Source: Gnetum montanum
Lineage: Eukaryota > Plantae > Gnetophyta
Length of the DNA stretch: 64,000 bases
NCBI GenBank assembly: GCA_015680685.1
Contig: MNCI01001758.1
Location: 62,001-126,000, forward strand
Reading direction: 5' to 3'
Of the stretch, positions 51,910-64,000 are shown one piece after another. Every line of letters begins with the position of its first letter. The first letter of the stretch is position 1. A program made the position numbers and the translations under genes. The notes beneath the pieces are model-generated. The model did not search any database and was not told the DNA's origin. It saw nothing but the letters and a program-made list of their open reading frames with translations.

Positions 51910-53253
51910 ATGGACGAAAATTTATCTACGCTCCTAGTTTTAATAGGCCCATACGGGAGAGTAGTTAGACAATTCAATTTTACGCTAGTAGAAACTAACC
52001 CTTTCCTCAATGATGTAACCATAGCCACGTCGGAAACGTCTCTAGAATGGCTAGAATAATCGACGCGCATACTAGACCTGGAGGCTAGAGAGATAATCGA
52101 AGACCCCCTCAGTGAGGTTTCTGTCGTTACGCATAGAGGTGAGTCCAAAACTCTTAAGGTTAGTTCTCTACTAGACCAGAAAATGCATGACACTATAAAA
52201 CAGGTCCTCCAGGACAACGTCATAGTATTTGCATGGTCATATGATGACATGTCGGGATTAGATCCAAGGTTAATTCAACATAACATAATCTTAGACTCGC
52301 ATATCAAAGTGATTAAGCAAAAAGCACAGAAAATCAAACCATAGATCGTGCTAGCAATGTGTGATGAGATCACCAAACTGTATCAGGCTGGTTTCATCCG
52401 CGCGGTCGATTACTCGAATTGGGTATCTAACATTGTAGTTGTCCCAAAGAAGATCGGAAGCATACGCATCTGTATAGACTTCCAAGATTTAAAAAAGGCC
52501 ACAATCAAGGATAACTTCGCACTACTGAGTATCGACCAACTAGTTGATACAATAGCTGGGCATGCGCTTCTATCCTTCATGGATGGTTTTTCAGGCTATA
52601 ATCAGATTCGCATCAACCCAGAACATCAATTGACCACAATATTCATGATGCCCTGGGGCACCTTTTGCTATACCATGATGCCTTTTGGCTTGAAAAACAC
52701 TGGAGCGACGTATCAATGGGCTATGACATACATCTTTAGTGATTACCTCCTAGGAAGACTGAATGATTATGTTGATGATATAGCTTTCAAATCTATGAAA
52801 TCAGAAGATCATTCAGAGGACCTAGAGTTAGTACTCAAAAGATGTTCCAAATACGACCTCTGGCTCAACCCAAAGAAGTGCGTATTCAGAGTCAAAACCG
52901 GATGCATGTTGGGGTTTGTGGTCTCAGAGACCAACATACGAGTAGACCCTGATAAGATCAAAGCCATTGTCGAGTTAACATCTTCCACAGATCTCAAGCA
53001 ATTACATGGGTTACAAGGACGATTACAGTTTATCAAGTGGTTCATCTCGAGATTAACAGATAAACTACACCCTATGCAGCATCTCCTTAAGAAAGGTATT
53101 GATTTCAAGTGGATAGACGATTACCAACGTGCATTTNGAATATCTATTTGGAAAGCTATCACATCAGAATTCGATCTACATTACATTGGTCAATCTTCTA
53201 TGAAAGGCCAAGCGATAACTGACCAATTAGTAACATCACCTATTGACATTTAG
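51910..53253 (+). pseudogene. Reverse transcriptase of element 3 (native RH mostly lost at the N join 53137)
   Basis: FAWSYDDMSG, LSFMDGFSGYNQI, MPFGLKNTGATYQ, YVDDI, LNPKKC. Confidence 0.95.
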
Positions 53254-53325
53254 GCAACCATAGAGCCTGAGCTTCCCGATGAACATGTACATAGCTTAAG
53301 CCTTGTCCTAACAGGCCTCGAAGCA

Positions 53326-53700
53326 ATGTTATATTTCAACGGAGCTTCAACTGCTAGAGGCGGCAGTGCCGCCACAGTTATTATGCTATCACCTGAGGAT
53401 GTGCGTCTTCACGCTTATCGCTTGACCTTTCCCTATACGAACAATGTGGCAGAGTACGAGGGGCTTCTCAGGGGATTATTAACTGCCAGAGAACTCGATG
53501 TTTGACACCTGGCAATTAGGGGTGATTCGATGCTTGTTATAAATCAGATCATAGGAGTCTATGCCTACAAGGCTACACATTTACAGCCCTACTGCGATAT
53601 GGCTAAAGATCTTCTGAAGCAGTTCATGACCATCGATGCCCAACACATGCCACGAAATGACAACACACTGGCCGATGCATTGGCTACATTAGCCTTAAAC
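53326..53700 (+). pseudogene. Additional archaeal-type RNase H between RH and INT
   Basis: LYFNGAS, TNNVAEYEGL, IRGDSMLVINQ, HMPRNDNTLADALA. Confidence 0.9.
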
Positions 53701-53799
53701 ATGTCGTCGCACCTATTCGACACTTTCCCCACATTAATAACAGATTTCATAGGTCCCATCATTCAGGCGGCGCAAATATCTTCACTGCTCAAGGATAGC

Positions 53800-55049
53800 A
53801 CGCCAGAGTGGTATGACAACATCAAAACTTACCTCTTGCAAGTGAGCCACCACACGAATTAACATGTGCGCAGAAAGATACAATCTGCAAGTGAGCTAGG
53901 CAGTACGTCATCATAGGAGACAGTACTCTTTGTAGACGCTCTTTTGATGGTGTGCTGCTTACTTGCGTTAAGAAAGACCAAGCACAATGTATAGTTGGCG
54001 AGGTCCACGAAGGATTATGCGGAGGACATGTAGCACCATGAGCTATTGCTTCAAAAATTTGTCACTTAGGGTATTACTAGCCTTACATGGAAAAAGATTG
54101 CCTGGCAAAGGTTAAAAAGTGCGACATGTGTCAGCGTTACGCAAATCTTATACACGTGTCATCCACAGAATTACACACAACTCAGATAACATGGCCATTT
54201 CAACGATGGGGACTAGACATCTTAGGGCCTATCACACCAAAATCTTCCACAGGTCATAGCTTCATAATTACCACTACTGAGTACTTCATGAAGTGGGTAG
54301 AAGCTATTCCTTTACGGAAGATCACATATCAACAAATTTTCCATTTCATCCTAGACAACATTGTAACCAGATTTGGTCTCCCGATGACTATCGTGACCGA
54401 TAACGGGCCACAATTTAGTAGTACGGAAACCAAATCCTTCTGTGATAACCTTGGCATTAAACAATTTTTCTCCTTTCCCTATTACCCGCAAGCGAATGGT
54501 CAAGCTAAAGCCACAAATAAAGTCATCATCAATCTGCTCAAGAAAATGCTCGACAGTAACAAGAGACGGTGGCATGAAAAGATCCTCTATGTGCTATGGG
54601 CGTATCGTACTACATGTAGGACAGCTACAGATAGTATGCCCTATAGCCTAGTCTACGGATCTGAGGCAGTGCTGCCACTTGAATTATAAGTTCCTTTTCT
54701 GAGAATGGTCCTCTCCACGATTATAAATGAGGCTCAACACACTGAATCTCGGATCATGGATTTGGATTCAGTCGAGGAGAAGCGAATATAGACGCTCGAT
54801 ACCATCGAAAAGTATCAAGATAAGCAGAGGCAGAAGCATCGTCATAATCTTCAACAGCGTCCGATCAAGAAAGGAGATTTGGTTCTCAAGGCCATTCGTG
54901 AACTAGTGGGTAAATTCTCTGCAAACTGAGAGGGCCCTTTCTTGGTGGCTGATGTGTATGGCAACGGAGCATTCAAGTTAGCGGATATCAACGGCAGCGA
55001 GTTACCAAATCCTATGAATTACATATATCTGAAGCGGTACTATATCTAG
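53800..55049 (+). pseudogene. Integrase of element 3
   Basis: HEGLCGGH, CDMCQ, WPFQRWGLD, FGLPMTIVTDNG, YYPQANGQ, LWAYRTT, EGPF. Confidence 0.95.
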
Positions 55050-55084
55050 CTGCATAGCCAGTGTTAGCATCAAGCATGGCAACA

Positions 55085-55590
55085 ACCATCCGCTATGACG
55101 CTAAATTGGCAACAAACGTCCACTACGACGAAAAACTGGCATTCCCTTCACGCATCTGCCACGACGCTAAACTGGCACTAATCGTCTGCCATGACGTAAA
55201 ACTAGCAAGTTGTAACCGTCCGCTACGATGTAAAACTAGCAGTGTTGTACAGGTCCGCCAAGATGAAAAATTGGCATCTTTTGCACGCGTCCGCCACGAC
55301 GCTAAAATGGCACCGGTTGTCCACCATGACACAAAACTAGCACAGGTAAGTAGTCGTCTACTGAGACATGAAACTAGCACAGACTTGTCCCTGGGTCATG
55401 ACACAAAACTGACATCCACAGCATGGTCTACTGAGACCATAAATTAGCCTCACCACCGTCCGCTACGACGTAAAACTAGCATTTCTCGGTCCGCCCAAAC
55501 TTTAAACTGGGACCATGTTCTGCTGAGACTTAAAACCAGCAACGATAGTCTACCAGGACTTAAAACTGGAACTTACAGACCGCCATCATG
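55085..55590 (+). repeat. Degenerate ~30-36-bp tandem repeat (GTCCGCCACGACG.AAAACTGGCA core) after pol
   Basis: About 14 recognisable units. Confidence 0.85.
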
Positions 55591-56724
55591 TAAATCAAGC
55601 GAGCATAATCGTCTCTATGTAGCTGCACAACAAATGAGGTGGGATGTTGGAACAACCCCAGCATCACTACCTCACAGGCATTCTGCTGATTCCTTGGATG
55701 TGCTGAAAGGCATACTACTGACCCCTCGGAGATGCCGTCACTGCACCCACTACAGCGGTGGCACCTTTGAGAGTTTAGATTCGCCAACCAGAGCCCCAAA
55801 GGAGTTCTCATCAACTACGACTTTGGGGACCTCCACTCATCATCACTATCAGGCTCTGGCTTCATAGATTCACCTAGCTGGTTCTTTACATAACCAGTCA
55901 GGTGTGCTAAGTCTGATGTTCTTTGGCGACGATATGCTGGGCCGAGCATCAATGTTGAAGATTCTGGCCTCGTGCTACAATTCCTCCTTCACGGCCCGTT
56001 CACTTTATCTCGCCTTAAATAGTACTTGTTTCAACAACCTCGCCGGTAATTCACACGAGCAATGGTATCCTCTATTTTCTTCTTTGGTTGCAGGTTACTT
56101 GTTACGAGGACGTCATTCGAAGATGTGTTCATCTGAGTGGTGTAGTACTGATAGTGTTTCGAGATGGCTGCTTAAGTTAACCTGTCCACTTAGGGGTGCA
56201 TCCTTGTGTTCCTCATGATCCTACCCCTAGCCCTTATCACTATCCTTAACTATCGCATCTGCTTCCCTTACGCAAAACGTGAAACGCTTTCCACATCTGC
56301 ATTACACTCAAGTCCATGAATCGGCATAACGCAACTCGCCTAGTGGATGGCAAAAAAAAAAGAAAGGGGCCGACAAAATAGGTGAAACAATAACTCACCC
56401 AGGCCGTGCAGACGCAACACAATTCATCTATGCAAGCCCCTTCATCTCCAAAATGACGGCATAACTCCATGCAAACGTAGTCGCAGGAGAAAGCCTGAGT
56501 GCTTATGTGTGCAAAAGCTATCCCTACTCATTTGGGTCTTCCCCGAACCTCATTTGAGTCTTCCCCGAACCTGTTTCCTCCTATACCATTCTATCTCCCA
56601 TTGACAGGATGATACCTGAGTACCTGTTGATAAATGTTGTTAGTACTTTCACCCATCCAGTGTTTCGTATTCTTTGTCGACGTCTTTCGGGCAAGCCCTC
56701 TAACTGTCAACTAAGAGGGGCCAT

Positions 56725-58248
56725 TGAAACACCATAGAAATTGCAAATTGACCTAAGGCAAAGATTCACAATTCGGGCAAAAGTTCACGAAGAAATTCTG
56801 AAAGGCAGAATAAGGCAAAGCAAGGCAAAGAGGCACACTGCATCAATTTTCCAAGTTCCTTACAGATTTCAAATCTTATTGTGTTCTCTGTCTTTACGCT
56901 ACATTACACAACATAATGTAGTGTCACTGAGCATAATTCTGCTTAACATACTCCGATATCAGAAGGTGACTTACTTCGACAATTTTGATGAAGTTTAAAG
57001 TTTAAAACTTGTTGCATATTCGGCTAAGTCCTTTGCTCAGGGCTAAGTTTACGCTTCGTTACGCAGAGCAACGTAACGAGATTCAAGAAAAGCAAAGTCA
57101 GCGTCAAAGGAAGCGCAGCAGATTGATTTACTCTTTTTTTTGCAAATTGGTCGCTTTACACTCATTACGCTACGCAGCGTGGACAAGCATAATTTGTTGT
57201 AAAGTTCACCATTTTATGCTCTATTACGCTCTGCCACACGACACAGCGTAAACAAGTGTAATACAGCGTAAAGCCGGCTAAAGCAGTTACGCATTTGCTA
57301 TCCACATGCACAATATGCTGATAAGCATATTGTGCATAATCATAAAGCAGCTTCGGCAAAAGTGTTGACAGCGTACGTTGCCCCTTCTCCCGGAAATGTG
57401 ACGCGACATAGTAAGTTTTAACATAAAGTTGGTCAAGTCAACAGTATTTTGAAGGTTTGAAACACGTGTCATCAGGGCCATGCCTTCTCCACGTGTTGTT
57501 GAACTTATAAATATTCTAGTTGACGAAGAAACAAAAGGAGGGGGGGCATCTTCAACTTTTGGCAGTTATCACCTTCAAGCAGAGACAGCGGACATTTTGA
57601 GCATTGACAGCAGGAGTGATCAGTCCTTTGGTGAAGATACAGTTCTCTCCATTGGCGATTATTGGCAGTTTGAGCAGAGACTACCGAAGGCAAAAAGAGC
57701 AGATCAGAGGTTGAGAGGTCATCTGGTGCGATTTGTAAGGTTTATTGATCAGAAACATTTGATCAATAGATGTCAAAGCTTGACCCTCCTTGCATCCCAT
57801 CTCTGGCTTACGAGGTAGATCGAACTCCATTCTGTACTCCTTGTTGAACAGTTTTCTTGTTATTTTGTGTATACTCCGCACAAGATAAGCAGAGTGTTCC
57901 ATTTAGAACTTTGTATACAATATACTCAGTTTTTGGGTCAAAATGCAGATCTTGGAATTGCGCATTTTCTTAAATCTGATCCCTCTTGTCGTGTTGACAT
58001 TGTCGTTATTTCAATTTATCTACATTGTTTTCTACTCCTTTTACGATTCATCGAATCAAATCATTTCATGCAATATCTATAATATTCGTCAATTTACTAA
58101 TTGAGTAAGTCCCTGTTTGATCGACAAGACCGTTCAGGGCACTGCGGATTCGTTTTCTCTAGGTCAACCCTCGCATGGATCCATGGTTAAGACTGTGTAC
58201 ACGGATTTTGTTGGTATTTTCCAGCTACCGACATTTTCCGTCGTTATA
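56725..58248 (+). repeat. 3' LTR of element 3
   Basis: Runs TGAAACAC...GTTATA and is followed by TSD CAATG. Confidence 0.95.
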
Positions 58249-59029
58249 CAATGGGATTGTAATTTCAAGTATTATCATATGAATACTTGGACATATCACA
58301 AAACTCCTTGGTCTTATTAAAATGTGTCTAGAAAGAAATTTGTGTAGGAAAATATGATAAAGGGAAAAGAAATGAGAAAAGTATGAAGAATTAAGAAGTA
58401 GGAAGATGATAACAAGAGAATCCTCCCAAATAAGTTTGTAAAAGGAAGCTAGCCCATGAAAATAGATGAAATTTGTATGAAAAGATATGCCTCAATAGAG
58501 GGATCTCATCCTCAAGACTCCCAGACATCTCTTCCTCCTCTTCAACAAGAAAGGTAAGTAGAGGTAAGTTTTTAATTCACTATTTTTTTAAGACTATAAT
58601 CCTTGGAAACCATGCCTAAGTCTTTTCTTACTAAATCCCACATTACTAAGATGCCTTCCTAAAGACGTCTCCCATGGGACATCTACTTTTCAAAAGAAAT
58701 GTCTACTTAGAGATGTCTACTTCTCAAATGAGACATCTCCTTGTGTTTCTTTTAGTCATGGCAAAGATGTATAATTGTCAAATGAGATGTCTTCCTATGA
58801 TTTTAAACTGACATAGATGTCTATCTCTCGAAGGAGACATCTATCTTTTTATTCAAAATCCTCATTTTGTGCTATTATAATAATCAAAGCCCTCATTTTT
58901 TATTGCATTCAAGCATATACATCCAAGGAAAGATGACCTCATTTAGTGCTATTATAATAATCAAAGCCCTCATTTTTTATTTCATTCAAGCATATACATC
59001 CAAGGAAAGATGACCAAGGTTTTACCAAT

Positions 59030-60900
59030 AGTTACAAGTTATGCTTTGACTTCAACATCCATGGTCCACAAGAAGGTAGCAACATCAAGAGCACTACCCA
59101 AGAGAAGTAAGAAATTCAAAGAATCTTTCACCAACATTGCAAATAACTATAATTCTTAGTTCAGATTAGTTAGTGCTTAGCATCAGTTTGAGGTAACTCA
59201 AATTTCTTCTATCATTTCTGAAAATTCTCTTTCTTTTTCATAGCATAGAAAAAAGGAGTTAATGAGTTTCTTCCAAGTCTTAAATTAGGCTACCTTCATT
59301 TCTATGAATTTTTTCATGCCTAAAATTCTCCTTAAAGAATTATACTGTAACATTGTTATTATAAATGCTTCTGTTGGGGCATTCACAATCATGGTTGGGG
59401 TTTTCTAATTATTGTGTTTCCTCAAGTTGTCAATGCATTACTTGGGATTTCTAGTGTTGATGTATTTTAAAGTTACCATTCATTCCATGAGTGATATTTT
59501 TATAAATGCTGTGATTCTTGTTTCCCAAGATGAGTTTTGTGATGCATTATTTTTCATGCCTAAAATTCTCATCAAATAATTCTACTATAACATGTTATTA
59601 TAAATGCATCTATTGGGGAATTCATAACCATGGATGGGGGTTTTCTAATTGATGTGTTTTCTCAAGTTGTAAATGCATTACCTGGGATTTCTAATGTTGA
59701 TGTATTTAGAGTTACCCTTCATTCCATGAGTGATATTTTTAGAAATGGTGTGATTCCCATTTCCCAAGATGAGTTTTGTGATGCATTGCTCAAAAAGTCA
59801 AAGTCACTTCATAGTGGAACAATTTATAGGAGTTAAATGACCTTAGATGCTTTCATCCTATCACTCATGGTTTTGTATAACATCATTGTAAAAGGAGGAA
59901 GCTATAATTATTTTTTTTCTAGCATAGTCATTTATTTTGTAGTACCTTCTTATAAGACAGTCATTAGACTTAGGAAATACTCTCTATTGTGACATATTGG
60001 GCTTGTTCACTAAGGAGAGAATCCTTAGGCACCCCGCCTCATTAATTTCTTGATACAACAAAGAGGTGTTCCCATTCTAAACATGAATTTACTTAAAGGC
60101 AAGAGGAGTCTTGGTGAGTATGTAGAGAAAAGGAACTCCTCCCATGTTGAAGAAATAAAAATAAGCACTAGACCTCAAAAGTCCCAAAAGAAGAGATCTA
60201 CATCACTATATTGGGCCCCTCCTTAGTCGAGTAGGTCCAAATTAGCTAGTAGCCAGATGAGATCTTCATTAAAGAAGCTTCTTAGGCCTTTTTTCTCATA
60301 CCTTCAAGATGATTAGCAAGAATTTCATGCACCTCCATTAGACAATGGATGCAACTAGGGTACCTCTTCCCCCTAACGGATAGTAGTTTGAGGAGATCAC
60401 CACTCTTTCCATATCAAACAATGTGGAGGACCTTCCTACCCCACCCAAACATTCAATAGACACTAGGCCTTCCCAAACATATGATTCAGAAAATGCCTTT
60501 GATTCCAATGAGCCTAATGTACCACCGACATGTGTTCAAGGGGAGCTTCCAAATATTTTGCAAGTTGGACCCAATTTCCATCATGAAAATGATTATTTCA
60601 TGACATTTGAGTCATAGGCTATGGAGAGCATCTTTGGAACTACTTCTTAGTGAAAACTTGCTAACCCCATCATCTATTAGAGGAAGGGTGCTTCCTCCTC
60701 TTCTTAGAAGGATCCATCCCAACAAGATCCACTAGCTTTATCTCAATTTTGAGTGAGGATTCATTCATGAAGAGCTCCAGCCCAACTACCTTCTTCCAAT
60801 GATGATAATGAGTAGCATGTCTCCAGCTTTAGGAGACATATAGACCTTCTTGTGCTACAACTACTTTTGGTGAGCATTTTGATGATGCCAATGAGAATAG
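59030..60900 (+). pseudogene. Decayed env-like extra ORF of element 2, including a ~230-bp tandem duplication (~59310-59790)
   Basis: PKILLKELYCN..V.G..I..VNALPGI resembles the plant-transposon (Transposase_32-like) domain; positioned before the PPT. Confidence 0.5.
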
Positions 60901-61257
60901 TGGCTAGCATCTTTAGGTGTCCTCTTCTTTTTGATGATGTTTAGAAAGGAGGAGATAGTTTTTTATGATATACAGTTATCTAGTTTTTGGATATATCTAT
61001 GGATAGTTATATGTATTATAGATAGTTTATGAACTTTTAGATAGATTATTATTGTGTATTTTTTTTCATTTTTTAAGACCCTTGCATTCATTTTATTCTC
61101 ATTTGTGCCTTGAGCCTTAAGACCCTTATCCTAGTAATAACCTTGGCTGCCATTAGAGTTTATATGTCTTAAGTATTGGTATAATTTAATCATGTTTAAA
61201 TTGCATGGCTACTAACCCATTTTCTTAAGTTTTGAACATCACCTAAAAGGGGGAGAT

Positions 61258-61735
61258 TGTTGACCTTCTGGTATGTCAAAACCTTAAGGAAAATGAACAA
61301 CAATAGAATGTTTGTTATGGATGATATGTTTGTAGGGCAAGAACTTACAGAAAAAAATGAGATCTACAACTTAATGGGCCATGAGAACATGAATGAGCAT
61401 GGAATAAAACCAAAGACTGAAACCAAATGAAGATGCTTCAAGGATTGGAAAGAAGACAAATTAATGAGATAAAGCCTTAGGAACTAGAGCTCAAGAGTTG
61501 AAAAGATGTCTCTAAGAAAATAATATGTCCTAGTCAAGAAGAATGCGTTCACAAGAAGATGTCTCATTCTTCAAGAAGAGATCTCTCCAGAAGGAAGGAA
61601 AATCTCAAGTAGATATCCCAACTTCGATAGAGACATCTACACTAGCCATTGGGTAGTAGTTGCATGAATTTTGATGAGTTTTTGGAAACTCAAAATCTAT
61701 AAGAAGACATCAAATTCTTGGGAATTAAGCACTAT
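61258..61735 (+). repeat. 3' LTR of element 2, interrupted
   Basis: Homology to the 5' LTR stops at ~61730. Confidence 0.85.
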
Positions 61736-64000
61736 TGATGAGCAATAAAGATACCCCTAGCCCAACCATACAAATCATGAAGTTTTCACACATGATCTAG
61801 TTGAATTCTATGGACTCTATGTCTTTAGGTACACTAGTCTTGTAGGAAGTGAACTTTTTCCTAACATTCATTCGTTGTCTTCCAAATTACACTTGTGATG
61901 CATAAAGGTATGGTTAAGTGTAATTGAGGCATATGTTTTTTATTATTTTATGTTTTATGCTCTTGGTGCCTTAAAATAGTGAAATGAAGTAATTTAATAG
62001 CTAATTTAATTTAACTACTTAACTATTCCTAACATAAGTATCCAATCCCACTTTCCATACACATCCTACACTCATGTATCCACTACTAGGATTAACAAGC
62101 ACTATGCTACTAGGCAAATGATGAATTCTATTTTACATGAGCCCCGATATAGGGTATCTGATATTGGGGTGGCCATGATATCAAGTACACAATATCGAGT
62201 ACATGATATTGCTACCCAAGATGTGATATCAAGTATGTGACATTGCAGGGTATTCTTGGGCCTATAAATACAACCATTGGGCACATGATTCAAGAGGAGT
62301 TTTTTTTAGTCAAGTAGTGAAATTCTTGTATTTTGTTCATTCAAGAGTTAGAATATTTTCCAAGTGCCCGCAATAGGAGGTCTTAGTGTAATTAGATCTT
62401 TATTCAAGCATTTATGTACCTAAACACATCATTGTATTGGCAATAAAGATGAGCTCTTTGATTCATCCTTGCAACACTTGGGACTTTCTTTCTTTATGCA
62501 TTTATACATTATGATTTCATGCAATTTACATTTAACATTATTTATTTAGTAATTAATTTTGATCAATTAAGAAATTAATTAAAATATATAAGCATGACCC
62601 CTTCAAACATACGTGTGATACTTGGTAGCTCAAAAATGCTTAGTGTTTGAACACGTAACAGTGTTTACACGAAGTTTAGGATGTGTCTAGGAAGTGGGGA
62701 TGGTTACTTGTGTTAGGCTAGATTACACAATAGTTCACTTAGCATTTAATTACTCTCACTTTTATTATTGTTTTAGGTGATTAAATTGATAAAACATAAA
62801 ATGATAAAAATCTTATGCCTTAGTCACAGTTAACCATACAATTGCATTTCACAAGTGAGACTGGGAAGACAACAAATGGATAACATGAACTCACCATTTA
62901 GCTCTAGCATACTTGGTAATTAAAGTCTATAGAATGTGACTAGATCACACATGAATGTCTGTGATTCATATGGTTAGGTGTAGGAATACCTCGCCACTCA
63001 TCATTGGCATCATTTCCAAGGACTTTAGTTCTACATGCACTATCTAAACTTAGTGAAACTTAGCAACCTCATTGTTCAAATCCTAAGTTCAAATCTTACA
63101 AAAAAAATTATTATTATAACTAAATTAAATCTTAACCACACACTACATATAAATTCACTAATATAAAATGTCTTCTTCCCACAACAGCCTATCTTTTCCT
63201 AGGATAGACCAAGTGCCTTAACAATACCAAGTGGTATATGCTCATCCTGATGAGTATGTACTAAACTTCATCTTCATCTTACATTAAGATGAAATGCTGT
63301 AGTGGTGCAACATGGAAGGTGACATTATGTTACCACCAGATCAATCTATTCTAGCTATGATCTAGCTAATGCTTACATGACATGGAATTTAACATCTTCA
63401 TAAGGAGTATGAGATGCAAGATCCCAATTCAAGGGACTACCATCTCACTGAAGCACAAAGGTTAAGGAATCGTCAGCTGGAGTAACAACATGAGATTTTG
63501 AAGGGCAAGGAGTCAAACACTTTTCCACCTCTACTTGGCCCATTAGATGGAGGTAAATACTTCTCTAGGAACTTTTTCTTTGGTGACATTCCTCTCTTTG
63601 ACTTTAGTCAAGGGGCCCTCAACCAAAACATGTAATCCAAAATTCATAAACCTGGTTCTGGTCAGAACAGATCCAGTGACAAAAATGAATCTAGAGGAGA
63701 AAATCATGACAACGGGGCAAGTGGAAGGCATGATCACAATTGTGGTCATGATCATCGAAGACAAGGTAGTAGGCATTGACATGATGCAAGCCCTCCTTCC
63801 TCTTCTCCTTTATTATCATCTTCTTCTTCATTTCGCTCAGATCGTGGCTGTAGAGGGCATGACCATGATGGAGTTGACTGATAGGATAAAAAAAATAAAA
63901 GGGATCATTGGGATAGTCACAATCAGAGGTGTGAGTGATCCAGAGAGATCCACTACCATGAAAGAAGGGTTAATAGAGAACATCATAAGCACCATCACTA
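61736..64000 (+). mobile_element. Athila-like gypsy element: 5' LTR 61736-63003, PBS, start of internal region
   Basis: Termini TGATGAG...CTCATCA are inverted repeats. TGGCATCATTTCCAAGGA (63005-63022) is a decayed tRNA-Asp PBS (TGGCGCCGTTGCCGGGGA). Confidence 0.72.

Larger units (their letters stand above)
41259..58248 (+). mobile_element. Full-length 17-kb Ogre/Retand-type Tat element (element 3): gag-PR-[5-kb spacer]-RT-(RH)-aRH-INT
   Basis: LTR pair, TSD CAATG (41254-41258, 58249-58253), PBS, PPT AAGAGGGG (56713-56720) and pol motifs. Confidence 0.96.
39038..61735 (+). mobile_element. Non-autonomous SIRE-like Ty1/copia element (element 2): gag and env-like ORF remnants, no pol
   Basis: LTR TGTTAACATTTTGGTATGTCAAAAC (39038) matches TGTTGACCTTCTGGTATGTCAAAAC (61258). 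U5 motif ATTCAATCCCCC; PPT AAAAGGGGGAGAT. gag has FKFWKTQM and two zinc knuckles. Confidence 0.8.

Noticed and set aside
53131-53145. Apparent loss of native RNase H in element 3
   Set aside because: The jump coincides with a single N, so missing sequence is more likely than a real deletion.
55061-55447. Repetitive 128-aa ORF or CRISPR-like array
   Set aside because: By-product of a degenerate tandem repeat in plant TE DNA; no unique spacers or cas genes.

Overview
This is eukaryotic plant DNA, probably gymnosperm (inferred from TE lineages and strong CpG/CHG decay). It consists almost entirely of nested, decayed LTR retrotransposons, and no intact host gene is visible. (1) A complete Ty3/gypsy Tat element (1271-13999, TSD AGAGG, order gag-PR-aRH-RT-RH-INT) whose ~3.1-kb LTRs each carry captured CYP92-like P450 and PLS-class PPR gene fragments. 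(2) An older Tat tandem complex (14914-39037) sharing one LTR, interrupted by a Tekay-like chromovirus and, inside its integrase, by a 4.4-kb CpG-rich cassette of host gene fragments (methyltransferase, GMC oxidoreductase, possible NB-ARC). (3) A pol-less SIRE-like Copia element (from 39038). A 17-kb Ogre/Retand-type element (41259-58248, TSD CAATG) sits in its gag, and an Athila-like element sits in its 3' LTR. The main observation is in the 17-kb element. Its ~5-kb protease-RT spacer holds a decayed, TATA-driven, apparently 8-exon antisense gene with frame-preserving introns. That gene encodes an FCP1/NIF-type HAD phosphatase-like domain fused to a plant-transposon domain and a coiled coil, and it appears to lie inside a sense-strand intron of pol. 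Several single-N joins are assembly artefacts (duplications, two inversions, one lost RH domain). All family assignments are from motif recognition by eye.
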